DNA of 64,000 nt from Octopus sinensis. Its lineage: Eukaryota. Positions 39,900 through 53,340 of the stretch are shown here, one piece after another. A program made the position numbers and the translations under genes. Position 1 is the stretch's first letter. Each line of letters begins with the position of its first letter. Under the pieces are notes generated by a model. That model had not been told where the DNA came from. It saw nothing but the letters and a program-made list of their open reading frames with translations, and searched no databases. The DNA is taken from positions 84,506,001 to 84,570,000 of the forward strand of contig NC_043004.1 in assembly GCF_006345805.1 (NCBI RefSeq), given 5' to 3'.

Positions 39900-41770
39900 A
39901 AGGCATCGTTATTCACACTAAAGAATGAAAACATAATTGTCCTAAAAGAAGCTGATTAGGGAGCAGCAATAGGAATCATGGACACGGACTAGTATGAAGA
40001 TAAGATATTGAACATTTTAACTAACCAAACCTTCTGCAAGGAAGAACCAAGATACCCAGTAAAACAATAATGAATAATATCAGAACAATAGTAAATGAAT
40101 AAAAAGATTGCTTCACAGACAATTTTAAAGATTATATATGCAACTCTGTAATCAAACATTTTTACGGAATGCCCAAAATTCGCAAAAGCTCCAAAGTACA
40201 AAGTACCATAAATAAACAGAAGAACCAATACATTAAAAAATGATGACCTCGAACTAAGAACAATAATTGCGAGACCTCAGGCACCAACAAAACTCAGTTA
40301 TTTTTTATATTTACACCTAAATTATTTATGCCCTTAAATACCCAGTTATATATGAAATGACATAGATTTCATCAAGCTCAACTCGCCTACTGTCCAAGAA
40401 GGTACTATACTTACAAGTGTTGATGTTATCAATCTTTATACCAATAAACCTCACGCTTTGGGTCTAGATCAGTCCACTCTGGTTATAGAAACATAGAGGA
40501 CGGATAAATGAACGCTTCAAGACTGACTTCATCAACAGACTACACGCCCAGTACTAGACGAAAATACCTTTAGATTTGACAATAAAACATAGCGATAGAT
40601 AAATGGCACTATTACGGGAATGTGGCTTGCACCCTCATAAGTAAACTTAGTCATGAAATACTTGGAACAAAAACTTTGTAAGGAAGTAGAAAAAAAAATT
40701 GCTCAGGAGTACAAGAAACATATCATTAAAAAGTGGAAACGCTTCTTATGTGATTGCTTCATGTTTTTGGACAGATCAAATGAGGACCTATGTATATTTA
40801 ACAATATACCGAACACACGTCACCCATTCACGAAATTTAAGACAGAATCCAGTTGCAATGTATTACAATTCCTGGATATCCGCTTAAGAATACAGAACTC
40901 CACAGTCGTAACAGACATATTTTACAAAAAAACTGACACACACCAATATTTAAACCTCTATTCTTGCCATCCATCACACATCGAAATAAACATACCATAC
41001 TGTATTGCAAGACACATCTGTGATATAATGACGGACCACAAAATACGTGAAATCCGACGCAATTACCTCAAAGACCTCTTCACAATGCTGAAGCACTCCT
41101 CAGGATTAATTAATGAGGGAATTAAATAAGGGGTTGATACTGAGTATCAACCGACTGAGGAGACATCAGGAAAGAAATAATGAATACTCGATTCTGCTTG
41201 TTAACAAACACAGCCCTGTGATAAACTACAGCTTTCCCGCAATAAAATCGAACTTACCTATACTCCTACAAATCCCCAAAATGAAAACTCCAATCGAGGA
41301 AGAACCCCTTCCGAAATAGCAGACGCCAACCAAAAATATTAAAAACACCTCACAAGAGCAGAATTCACATCAGAGAATGGATAGGAGATGTGGAACATGC
41401 AACATCTACAAATTTAAATACTTAAAAAGTGCTTCCCACATAAAGATCAAGAGCGGTGTGACATTCATAATAAATACAGGCATGAACTGCAAAGCACAGA
41501 ACCTCATATACTGCATTACCTGCCCCAACTGCAGAGAAAATTATATTGTCGAAACAAATAATTCCTTCTACCAACATGCAACAATCCATAAGCAGCATAT
41601 TCGAAAAGAGGAATTACGCACAAGATTTGGTTAAGCAAGCTATCCAAATAGACAGCGACGAAAAATTGAAAATATTATCCATTTACAAATGTTCATAGGA
41701 TGAACCTTCAACACCGAGAAGCAATGGAACTACACTTCATAAAAAACTTCTCTCCAAAATTGAAAGTTTG
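39900..41770 (+). pseudogene. Decayed Penelope-like retroelement: reverse transcriptase plus GIY-YIG endonuclease
   Basis: IVLKEAD*GAA (IKPADKG), SVDVINLYTN, WKRFLCDCF (RYLDD), FLDIRL, TDIFYKKTDTHQYL..SCHP, then CGTC..MNCKAQNLIYCITCPNCRENYIVET; many stops and frameshifts. Confidence 0.9.
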
Positions 41771-42244
41771 AAAGAGAAAGCAGGGACTTTTCATTTTTGA
41801 GTCTAAACGTAGCTCCGATATTGGAAACATGATGCTCATTTCTATAACTATTCATGTATATATATATATATATATAACATTGGGATATTCTAACTTTACG
41901 AATTTTTCTAAATTGAAAATATGGTTTGTTCAAGCAAATCATGAAATTGAAAGACATTTTAAGGAAAGAAAAATACATTATTACTGTTGTGTTGTATCTT
42001 TTCCAATATTTATAACATGATATTCATCTCTCTAGCATTGGGTGTTATTTTTCACATTTGTAAATGTTGTACCGAAGTTTGGTTTTCATGCAAATATGAA
42101 ATTAAAAGAAGCTCGACTTCATTTTTCAAAGGAAACTGTCGAAATTACACAGTGTAGGCATATAAATATTTCCAAACACGTGAACTCACAGGTGCGCATA
42201 AGCAGGCACGCATAGCCCCCACATTAACACACACACACGCACAG

Positions 42245-42276
<32 letters not shown>

Positions 42277-42835
42277 GTTTTCATGTATATATTTCACTTT
42301 CCAAGGAAACTCTTATCTTCCTTCTGCCACCTTAGGAAAACGAAAAAAAAAAGAATAACAATGCTTTTAAAGAAGACCGCATCCCATCCGTTTTTCATTA
42401 TTTTTACCATCCTAGACGCGACATCTTAGAGATGTCCGTTGACTAAATAAGTCAATAAATAAGTGAATGGTGAAGAGATGTCAATGTGAAGAGAATCCCT
42501 CCTTCCTTCTTATCTCTACCTATCTATCTGTATATCAATCTATCACTCTGTCTATCTATCTACATGTCTATCCCCATGGTCCTGCAACGTAACCCCGCGC
42601 CTCCCCCCCACCCAAATGTTCTCTTTCTGAAGAAAACAAAAAAAAAACGTATGTTTAAAATAAATTAACAACCTGTTTGCACATTCACAATCTTATTAGA
42701 CAAGTTCGAAAATGCACGAAAGATTTAATAATAATGAATAAAGAAAAGTTTTTTATAAAACTCTGTGTGACCTCATTTTTCCTCACTATAGAATAGCTGT
42801 ACATCACTTCTAACAATCTCTCTCCACGCCACTCA

Positions 42836-42884
<49 letters not shown>

Positions 42885-42956
42885 GACATATTTTAATATA
42901 TTAATGTATTAAATAGCGACAGATAAGCAGACTGATATATATATATATATATATAT

Positions 42957-42999
<43 letters not shown>

Positions 43000-43000
43000 T

Positions 43001-43070
<70 letters not shown>

Positions 43071-43641
43071 GGATTAACACTTTTAATCAGTTTTGCACGA
43101 GGAAGCATGTAACCAACATTTACTTTATGAAATATATTAAATCTGAGCAACTAATATGCGGCACCGAGCTCTTTATATATATCTAGAAATAACAGGGTGG
43201 TAATATTGTATATTAATGTTCGTGAATGCCGCCTGAAAACTATTGAGAGCAACAATAAATTTTAAGGAACAGATAATATCTTAAGAATTATTTATCATTA
43301 TTAACAATTACGTACGCTTTCCTTTTTTACTGCCTTATGTACACAAATCAAATATTAATAGATTTAAACCTGTAGTACAGTTTAGTGGGGAGTTACAACT
43401 CCGTATCACCACCTCTTTTGCCTCCATGTGGATATATGAAGTATTGTTCTTATGTGAAAATTTCATCCAACTATTAATAATTCGGTTAAACTCATAAGTA
43501 TGAAAATCATATCTAACTGAACGGTATTTAATTTATTTTCTATGTATATGAGAATAGAAGATAATAAGGAATTGAATTGAATATTGTCAGACGGATAACT
43601 TTTGAGACATCAGCTTGGTATGTATGTATACACAGACAGAG

Positions 43642-43676
<35 letters not shown>

Positions 43677-43818
43677 AAGTATTTACATATGTGTGTATGC
43701 ATGTACAGGGAGAGAGAGTGGGGAGTGAGATGGTCATATGAGCAACTTAAGATATTATATAATCCATAAAATGCTATTTCATTTAACTCACATTCAACAT
43801 ATACGACATTTCATATTA

Positions 43819-43899
<81 letters not shown>

Positions 43900-43917
43900 A
43901 TATGTATATGTGTGTAC

Positions 43918-43948
<31 letters not shown>

Positions 43949-43977
43949 CATATATATATATATATGGATATATATAT

Positions 43978-44348
43978 ATATTGTTATATTTCGGAATGGT
44001 CATATTGCCAGTTTAGCCAATAAAAACACACGCACTATATATTTGGTGTTATTTTGCTTCAGTGATATTTATTTTTTACATTAATCTTAATCTTATTTCG
44101 GCCAAAGTTCTTTCGTCACACTCCTGTGACCGCATCAGTGGTCCTTTGTTTTCTTCTCACTTACAGGAGTGTGACGAAAGAACTTTGGCCGAAATAAGAT
44201 TAAGATTAATGTAAAAAATAAATATCACTGAAGCAAAATAACACCAAATATATAGTGCGTGTGTTTTATTGGCTAAACTGGCAATATGACCATTCCGAAA
44301 TATAACAATATCTGTTTCAACACACGACTTCACATAAAAAAATCTTGC

Positions 44349-44358
<10 letters not shown>
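43978..44358. mobile_element. Inverted pseudo-LTR pair (arms ~43978-44127 and ~44163-44311) embedded in (TA)n, with hammerhead variant at 44100-44143 (minus)
   Basis: Arms are reverse complements; minus-strand motif GACCA-CTGATGC-G-GTCACA(GGAG)TGTGAC-GAAA-GAAC-TT-TGGCC. Confidence 0.8.
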
Positions 44359-44402
<44 letters not shown>

Positions 44403-44779
44403 TCTGTGTATGATTGTATGTATAGGAAATCCACACACAACGAGGAACAAAACCAAAAAGAAACACCAACGTGAGGACGAGGAAAGGAATGAAATGTGGG
44501 TTCACGTTTCGAGCAGAGGAAAGATCAATATAAATGGAAGACGGAAGAAAAATTTGCCATATATATATATATATACCAGTAATATCGGTTTCTCGACGTC
44601 AGCTGTCATGAGAAATACTACAATATGTGTAATTAAATTTGTCACTCCCTTCACGTTTTCTTTTCTTATTTTTATTTTATAAACCAGCGTAGCGAATTTC
44701 AATCATTTTGTAACAGATTGTCAACACGTCGCATAAAATATTATGTGATATTCGATATTACTAATTTCAGTCAAGGCAA

Positions 44780-44970
44780 CGGGCTCGCAGTATCGTTAGC
44801 TAACCAGACAAAGTGCTTACCGACATTTCCTCTGTATTTCCATCCTTAGTTCCATCTCAGCTGGAATGGTCTTCACATCTTTTCCATTACAGGGTGTATA
44901 AAATAAGTACCTGTCATTTATTGGGTTCGATCTAATTGACTGGCTCCTTCACCAACATTTCAGGCCTTCC
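44780..44970 (+). mobile_element. Decayed family B SINE
   Basis: CGTTAGC..GTGCTTACCGACATTTC..ATAAATAAGTACC..GGGTTCGATCTAATTGACTGG. Confidence 0.55.
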
Positions 44971-44989
44971 AGCTATATTTCAAAGGATA

Positions 44990-45367
44990 CTAGCAGTATA
45001 GCGCAGCGTTGCTCGGGTTTGTTTTCTTTTCGACCCTTTAAAAATTTTACATTATGCAGCTTGTTATTCTCTTTAAGTGAACATTTTTCTGGTTGAAATA
45101 CACCAAAAGATAACCATACTGCAGTCAAAAAATCGTAATAAAATAGGTATTTTCATAGAAAAAATGCATCTTTTTACGTATATAATTTTTGGTGTTAACA
45201 TGGTCCGATTTGAAATTTTCTTACAACGGATTGAAGAGCAAGCCTACGTCTATCACACTCTCCTGTTTGCTCAACTTGCGCCGCAGGGTCTCGGAGGAGA
45301 TAATGTTAGTTGAAGGCTACGAAACCTGCTAGACACACAGGCAACTTCAGCTTTATATATAGGGAGA
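44990..45367 (-). mobile_element. Non-autonomous Helitron
   Basis: Minus strand starts A|TCTCCCTATATATAAAGC and ends CCCGAGCAACGCTGCGCTATACTGCTAG|T: 5'-TC, 3'-CTAG, decayed subterminal GC-rich hairpin, AT target site, no TSD. Confidence 0.7.
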
Positions 45368-46023
45368 TTACTCTCTTCACTTAAGTTTAATTGCCATTAC
45401 CGTTTACACTCGAAGTCGATATATGTAATTCCAATCAATATCTAAGATATTTTTTCTAGTTCTTTCTTCTATTTATTCATTTAGTTTTCAATGTTTGCTT
45501 TCTTCTTTCTAATTTTTTTCTTTATTTAGAAATAAAGACAAATGATAAGTTATGTATATAAAACAAATAAATAATTATGGACCCGTTAGCTGAACTCCAC
45601 AGGCACATATTCTAAATATCCTGGCTTTTGACAACAAGACGTGCTGAATATTAATATGTTTGATCAAGAGTAATCGCCAAGAGAATATAACTTCGATAAA
45701 TCAGAGCAGAACTTTTGTATAATATTTTCTTCACATACTGAGTGTAATAAATGTTCATGGCCAAATGGGGTCTACGGACTTTAATGTTTTAGTGAAATAT
45801 ATCGAATGTACTAACTAAACATTTACTTACTAAACATTGTTTGCCGAATAAGTGAATTTACCAGGTGGTATGCCAATTGTAAATACTTATATTCCCGAGG
45901 GAGCAATTATGAGATTATGTGGACAACATATATATATATATTTATGTGTGTGTGTGTATACCGAGATATGTACATATACATACACATAGATACATATATA
46001 CATACATATATATGTATGAATGT

Positions 46024-46095
<72 letters not shown>

Positions 46096-46138
46096 ATATA
46101 TATACAAACACACGCGTATATATAAATATAGATATAGA

Positions 46139-46216
<78 letters not shown>

Positions 46217-47406
46217 CAAACCGATACTCATATGTATAAATATATAAATGAATATATGTATCCATGTATGTATATATGTATGTATAGTTAGGTTATGTTT
46301 GAAAAAATACTATCTATTTTTTTTCAGTGCACAAATACACTGAAAAACTTTTCTCTATATAATCAGTCTTCATGTTTCTCCGATGGCACAGAATTATCTT
46401 ATTAGTCCCAGCGATATAGAAAGATTGCCTTTTATTTGGGACAATTGCTATCAGTGTGATATACGGTCGTGTATATGCTGCACCTACCTTTTACGAAAGC
46501 ATTTGCCAGAAGAACAGAACGCAGAACCGCGTTGTCACGAAACAAATTTGTTAGCCATGCAGAGGTATATACACTTAATCTGACCTCTTGCATTCGAAAA
46601 GTAATCTTCGACAGTCGTAGAAAACAATAAGATTATTTATCTATATTGGGCCAGTTTATGTTACCCCAATTAGAGCCGTGTAACACTTGGCAAAATCTTA
46701 ATTTAATTACCAGAAATATGATTAGACAGGTAGATGACAGTTTATTGGAAAGTTCATAAAGGTTTGCTTAACTAACTGGAACTATGCCAAAGCAACATCA
46801 TATGAGTACATTTATCATTTTATACATTCCTGTCTTTGGATTCAGGCCATAGCGAGAAAATATCCTTTGAGTAAATGTAGTCCGTTATATAAACCCCATT
46901 AGTTGTACTCTTTGTGAATATATTTGATCAATCAACGCTTGTAGAATTGCTAATTTAATTTTGTCATATACAGAAGCGATATTGCAGTTTTATACCGAAT
47001 TGTATATGGACACACATATACATATTTTTGGTATGAAAAAAATAAAGAGGATTCCATAAAGACAAATCCTCCTACATACACACACGACTTACAGATATCT
47101 ACGTATTTAGATACGTCGATGTTTACGAGTGAAACCAATGGTACGTAGGTAATCGATTTTTTTTTTCGTATGTTTTCATTTGTCTTGCTCATTTTTAAAT
47201 TTTGGCGTTTTGCTGAGATTTTTTCTTCTCGAGAAAACATTATTCGCGGTAATGGCGATTTGACGTCTATGTTTAGCATATAGAGTGTCCACTTTAGTTG
47301 TCATTCCTCTATGTAACACAATTCTCAATTTTCGGATTCTTAAATATGCTAAGCCACTGTTTTTTATTGATTAACATCAATCAATGTTTAACCTTATCAT
47401 TTAATT

Positions 47407-47482
<76 letters not shown>

Positions 47483-47491
47483 TATGTGTGT

Positions 47492-47522
<31 letters not shown>

Positions 47523-47659
47523 TATACGTAACTAAATGTATGTATGGATGGATAAATGGATAAATAGATAAAAAATACATATATATACAATTTTGCATGC
47601 TAGTTTATAGAAGAGTATATTAATCAATTAAATTCTAGCTTAGTCTGATTTTCCGGATT

Positions 47660-48558
47660 TACGAAGAGCTACCAAACATAAACCGAAACCTTGCAATGTT
47701 GTTTTATTCAGTTGGTTTTAGATGTTTACATTTTGTCGCCTTGAAAGTTTTCTCCATTTGAAGCAATGTATCGGTCCAGCCGGGTTTACTACAATTCGAA
47801 GGAGTGCTGGAACCCTTACAACGTGATGCCTTTTAAATGCGTCCATTGACTTTACCACTTCCACAACTGTAAATTCCGTAGCACCAGGTTCTGCCACTAG
47901 TGATGACTTTTTAGAAAAGGACCGGATCAACTTCAATCCGTTCTTACAGTTCAGGGCACTCATTCGGTTGTGACTACTTTTGATCTTCTGTGAGAAAGCA
48001 AGGCACAAATTATGCTGCAACTCTTTTCATTTGCTAATCCTCGCTCAAAATTAACTGCTAGGAGATCCAGCACATACCATTCATATGACAAATTTCGTCT
48101 ATGGTTCAGTTTATATCCTCCAAGTACATTTCACGAATTTTCAATGGTGTTTTCATACGACGGTCGTCCTGAAAGGGGTTGGTCTTCAAGCGACACATCA
48201 CCATTCACAAAGTGTGTAAACCACTGTAAATTTGGGATTTGCTCAAGGCAGCCATCTTGTAAGCTGTTTGAATCATGAAAGCTGTTTCGGTTGCCGTTTT
48301 CTCCACAAAAGAAAAAAAAACGGAATTTCACGGAACGTTGCTGTTCCTTCGTTCCAGCGACCGCAAAAATCGACGAAGATGGTAGAAGGACTGTAAAACA
48401 AAGACTCGGCACGTGGCATTATAAGTTGAGAAGATGACGCCGATCGGGAGAGTGATGCCTGCAGGTCGCATCAACTGGCTTCTCACGGCCAAAGCCCGAA
48501 ATACTGCAGGTTTGCCCCACATATAATGTTTCCTATTACTTTCGGGAACCCCGTCGCA
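47660..48558 (-). mobile_element. Internally deleted mariner-type transposon
   Basis: N-terminal ..WFTHFVNGDVSLEDQPLSGRPS.. and C-terminal LKGITL*GFQHSFEL**TRLDRYIASNGENFQGD (GEYFEGD-like); imperfect TIRs TACGAAGAG.. / ..CCCGTCGCA. Confidence 0.75.
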
Positions 48559-48656
48559 TTATTTGCAATACTTACAATTTTACGTTATTGAAATAAACTA
48601 ATACTATCATGCGTTACTCGAACATCAGGTCTGTGTGTGCGTGTTTGTGTGTATTC

Positions 48657-48720
<64 letters not shown>

Positions 48721-48726
48721 TCTATA

Positions 48727-48795
<69 letters not shown>

Positions 48796-49252
48796 GTATA
48801 TATATGTATATATATATGCATATATATATGTTTATATATATATGTATATATATATGTATATATATATATGTATATATATGTATATATATATATATATGTA
48901 TATATATGTATATATGTATATATGTATATATATATATATATGTATATATATGTATATATATATGTATATATTTATATGCATATATGTATGTATATTTATA
49001 TTTATATATACAAACGTATGTCTATATGTATAAACGTAAGTATATGTGTGTATATATATACATATATATGCATGTATATATATATATATATATATATATA
49101 TGTAAGTATATCTATGTATATATATATATATATATATGTATGTATATATATATATGTATGTATAAGGGTGAAAAGGAACACACGAGTTGATATATATATG
49201 AAAAAACAAGTCAAAAATAGAAAATGCTAAAATAATTTTATAGTGAACATTT

Positions 49253-49290
49253 CAGTACCGGTTTCGGTCATTTTGAGACCTTTTCAACTG
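49253..49290 (-). ncRNA. Type I hammerhead motif, U3-A8 variant (antisense arm copy)
   Basis: Reverse complement of 49557-49594. Confidence 0.7.
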
Positions 49291-49556
49291 TAACGATTAA
49301 ATAATTAAATTTAGAAAAATTAGAAGAAAAGTTTTTTTAAAGGAATATTTCTATAGTAGTGTTCAGATATAAGTGGCATTCTGCCTTTCTCTGACTCCCT
49401 TGTTTGCACTTGTGTGTTCGAGGTCGAAAACACACAAGTGCAAACAAGGGAGTCAGAGAAAGGCAGAATGCCACTTATATCTGAACACTACTATAGAAAT
49501 ATTCCTTTAAAAAAACTTTTCTTCTAATTTTTCTAAATTTAATTATTTAATCGTTA

Positions 49557-49594
49557 CAGTTGAAAAGGTCTCAAAATGACCGAAACCGGTACTG
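49557..49594 (+). ncRNA. Type I hammerhead motif, U3-A8 core variant
   Basis: CAG-TTGAAAA-GGTC(TCAAAAT)GACC-GAAA-CCGG-TA-CTG; palindromic ACCGGT helix III, GUA triplet. Confidence 0.7.
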
Positions 49595-49978
49595 AAATGT
49601 TCACTATAAAATTATTTTAGCATTTTCTATTTTTGACTTGTTTTTTCATATATATATATATATATTAATCCTACATCTGCATCCATATGTGTACATGACT
49701 GAAAATTCTCCAGAACACCTAGCAATATTTAATGCAAGTTGTATAGAATGGGCTGTTTTATTTAATGTGTTTATTAATGTAGTAAATAATCTGTATTTTT
49801 GTTGCTAATTAAATACATCCATGCAACGAAAAATTAATTTGAAGCTATAAAAACATTTAAATTATATTATATATGATTTCTTCGAATTTCTAGCGTTCCG
49901 AAAGAACTTATAATGGAACAGTATAATAATGATCGGATGAGGATTCAATTACATGATAATTCGTTTTCATAATATTGT

Positions 49979-50017
<39 letters not shown>

Positions 50018-50324
50018 GACCAATATATATTTATATACACACTAATTATTCATATAATTTTAAAGTAAATAAATTTATGATTAAATGAAGTACGCAAACC
50101 TTAGTTTCTCATTGAAGTTATTACTAATCATACTACGTAGGAAATGAGGACATTTACATGAATACATAGGTAAATGTGCACTACACTCAATGTGTAATAT
50201 TTTGTAACGTATTTCGATGTAGCTTTTACATAAACATCGTATAGGCATATATACAAGCTTCATGCATACATGTATGCATACGCCCACATTAGCACGCACA
50301 CATGCCCATATCAAGACACATATT

Positions 50325-50560
50325 CAATTTCTTTATTGCCTACAAGGGGCTAAACATAGAGGGGGAAAAGAGGGTCAAACAAAGGGATTAAGTAGATTAC
50401 ATCGATCCCATTGCGTAACTGGTACTTAATTTATCGATCCCGAAAGAATGAAAGGAACAGTTCACCTCGGCAGAATTTGAAATCCTGAACGTAACGGCAG
50501 ACGAAATACTGCTAAGCATTTTTACCGGCGTGCTAACGTTTCTGCCAGATCGCCACCTTA
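50325..50560 (-). mobile_element. Family B SINE (MetaSINE-like central domain)
   Basis: Reverse complement of the GGCGG..CTGGCAGAAACGTTAGCACGCCGG..CCTTTCATTCTTTCGGGATCGATAAATTAAGTACCAG consensus seen at 52798. Confidence 0.8.
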
Positions 50561-51094
50561 ATCCAGACACATATCCACATACTCATATACGCATACCCTG
50601 ATATGTATAATGCAGTGAAAATTATATTAGCATATTATTTGTATGCGCCAAGATCTATTAAACTTCTTGAGCGTCCAAAATTCCGCTTAAATTATTAATT
50701 ACTTTAATTTCAATACATATTCATATGCAGTATTTCACACATCTATCTTTCAAGAAATCGGTCGACGAATATGTTTGCCGGTGCGATCAATGTTATTCAG
50801 TCCGTGATTAGTATAATCTTTTGTGCGGTGAGTGTTATTCACAGGCCTACTAAATGCTGCTGAATATGGTGCAGCTGTAATTGTTTCATTATGCACACTT
50901 TCGAGGAAAATAGAGGAATTACGGTGTGATTTCTGTTTTTAAAATCCGACTAAATGCTGGAATGCGTCACAATTTCTTTCTATAACCCAAACTACAACTA
51001 AATAGCATTTCCACTTCATATTTGTTTTATTTTAGGAAGAACAAATTATTTTTCAATGGCGTATGTAAAATATTCATTTCATTACGTGCGTTTT

Positions 51095-51335
51095 ATGGTG
51101 TATTGATGAATACTAGTTAGTAAAATATATATTTGAAATGGGAAAAAGATTATTTAACTAATTAGAATTCTATTAGAAATACAGGATATTATAATGTAAT
51201 GAAAAATTTGCAAGTAAGATACTTTTCTTCGCTAAACACACTATATGATGTATTGATGAACAACAGTCAGTAAAATATATATTATATTACAACGTGAAAA
51301 TATTTATATAAGTTGGCAGAATTCTATTAGAAATG
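51095..51335. repeat. Diverged ~150-bp tandem duplication
   Basis: ATGRTGTATTGATGAA..AGTYAGTAAAATATATAT..AGAATTCTATTAGAAAT at ~51095 and ~51246. Confidence 0.7.
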
Positions 51336-51488
51336 TAATATATGATTTTAAAATCAGCAGATATTTCTGAATAAAAGAAGATGGAGATAAGAATTTTGTT
51401 CATTTTGGAATGACTATCAAATTCTGCTTTATAAATAAGTAAACCTACAACACATTGGATTTTTAAAAAATTCTAATTTCGGTCGCTC

Positions 51489-52245
51489 ATAAGGTAGCAT
51501 CGAAAGATTCCTGGACTAGTTTTGCAGCACACTAACAGAGTGAGAGCCAGCAGTGACCCTCATATGGCCGGGTGCTGAGTGACATTGCTGTGTTTTACTT
51601 GGTAAGTTGTGGAATTTGTGTATTCATGATCACGTGTATGCTGTAGTTTGCGATTTTTCATCGGCAGGGACCAAAAACCAATGCGAAAATTTTGCGTTAA
51701 ACTTGGGCATATTGGTACAGAAACATTGAACATGCGTCAACAACTTACGTTATAGAGATGCGGCAGTGGTCGTGGGCAATCTTTCGAGGGCACTGGCGCT
51801 TCAAAAGCGGAAGGACGTCCATCTAAAACATTGAGAAATGTGGAAGACTTGCCGTGAGATTTTCTCATGGAAATGTGATATTGTGCATATAGAATTCGTC
51901 CTCTCAGAGCCAGGCCGTCAATAGAGAAATCTGCAGCGACGTTTTGAAGCGTTTGATGGAAAACAATCGGTGAAAGCGACCGAATTGTATTCTTCACACG
52001 GCAATGCACCCAGTCACCAAGTTCTCCTTGCACGTGAGTTTCTCGCCAAAAACAAATCAAAACTGTTGTCGAGATCCAAAGAGAATCGCTTACGGAAAAC
52101 GACTAGTTCGTATTCCAAAAGTGGAAAAAGCACTAGGAGCGGCGTATTGTTGCGCAAGGTGACTATTTCGAATGAGATGCTGTTAAGCAAATGACTTGTT
52201 TTATTAAAGATAACTAGTCTGGGAACCTTTTGGTACTCCCTCGTT
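51489..52245 (+). mobile_element. Internally deleted mariner-type transposon with TIRs
   Basis: TIRs ..AGGTAGCATCGAAAGATTCCTGGACTAGTT / AACTAGTCTGGGAACCTTTTGGTACTCCCTCGT; relic motifs KFCVKLG, HGNAPSH (HDNAPAH), RRIVAQGDYFE. Confidence 0.75.
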
Positions 52246-52594
52246 CAATCGAGTTTGACTATAATATTTCGAAGATTGTCCGTGTTGTTGTTCGTGTTCA
52301 ATTGCTGAGAATGAACATGTATGCTTGTGTCAAAGCCTTTTATACAAGCGCTTTTAAATAGGGTAGAATAATTATATATTCCAGGTATTTCTAAATAGGG
52401 AAGAATGATTATAAGTTTATATGACTGTGGACTCCGAAAGTTCAAATATTTATTGATTTCTACTAAATAAAGTCAGAAAAGCATAATTGAGCTTCGTGGT
52501 GCTGTCGCGCTCGACTACAATTGCCTGTCATCCCTTTTATTTCGTAATCATAGCAGCGAAGCAGTGTGAGGAAGAAATCTCTCATATTGGAAAG

Positions 52595-53340
52595 CGACGT
52601 GCTACCGGAATCGTTAGCACATCGGGCGAAATGCTTAGCGATATTTAGCTCTTTACTATGTTCAGAGGTCAAACTCCACAGAGGTTGACTATGACTGTCA
52701 TCGTTTCAGAGTAGATTAAACAAGTACTATGTCATCTACTTAATCATTCTCCCAAATTTGAGTCCTTGTGCTTCTAGCAGAGAGGATTATTATGACAGGG
52801 CGGAAAGCTGGCTGAAATGTTAGCATGCCGGGCGATATCCTTATCGGTATTTCGTCTGCCGTTACGTTCTGAGTTCAAATTCCGACGAGGTCGACTTTGC
52901 CTTTCATCCTTTCGGTGTCGATAAATTAAGTACCAGTTACGCACTAGGGTCGATATAATCGAATTCATCCGTCTGTCTGTCCTTCTTTGTCTCCTCTGTG
53001 TTTAGCCCCTTGTGGGTAGTAAAGAAAAAGGTATTTCGCCTGCCGCTACGTTCTGAGTTCAAATTCCACCGAGGTCGACTTTGCCTTTCATCCTTTCGGT
53101 GTCGATTAAATAAGTACCGGTTTCGCACTGGTGTCGATATAATCGACGTAATCCGTTTGTCACTCCTTGCTTGCCCCCTCTGTGCGTAGCACTTCTTGGC
53201 ATTAAAGGAATAGGTATTTTGTCTGTGTTTACGTTCTGAGTTCAAATTCCTCTGAGGTCGACTTTGCCTTTCATCTATTCGGGGTCGATAAATTAAGTAC
53301 TAGCTGCGTACTGAGGTCGATCTAATCGACTCTTCCCTTC
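52595..53340 (+). mobile_element. Cluster of family B SINEs: one old copy (~52595-52790), one full copy (52798-53029) and two head-truncated tandem units (~53030 and ~53213)
   Basis: GGTATTT.G.CTG...T.ACGTTCTGAGTTCAAATTCC..GAGGTCGACTTTGCCTTTCATC repeated three times head to tail. Confidence 0.85.

Larger units (their letters stand above)
38695..42178. repeat. Long diverged inverted repeat (arms ~38695-39014 and ~41875-42178) enclosing a pseudo-LTR, a SINE and a Penelope relic
   Basis: TGTTTGGAAATA..TATGTCTACACTGTG..ATCATGTTATAAATATTGGA..GTTAGAATA.TCCAATGTTA vs TAACATTGGGATATTCTAAC..TCCAATATTTATAACATGAT..CACAGTGTAGGCATA..TATTTCCAAACA. Confidence 0.8.
49190..49657. mobile_element. Perfect fold-back palindrome (229-bp arms 49190-49418 and 49429-49657) in (TA)n, with a hammerhead in each arm
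   Basis: Arms read as exact reverse complements; 10-nt spacer CGAGGTCGAA. Confidence 0.9.

Noticed and set aside
44497-44526. Minus-strand CTCGAAACGT half-motif in a pseudo-LTR-like fragment
   Set aside because: The CUGANGA strand is missing, so it is not counted as a ribozyme
47718-48020. 100-aa minus-strand ORF as a host gene
   Set aside because: It is an off-frame reading of the mariner C-terminal relic
48585-49230. YIYI-type ORFs here and throughout the window
   Set aside because: Artefacts of stop-free (TA)n/(CA)n microsatellites
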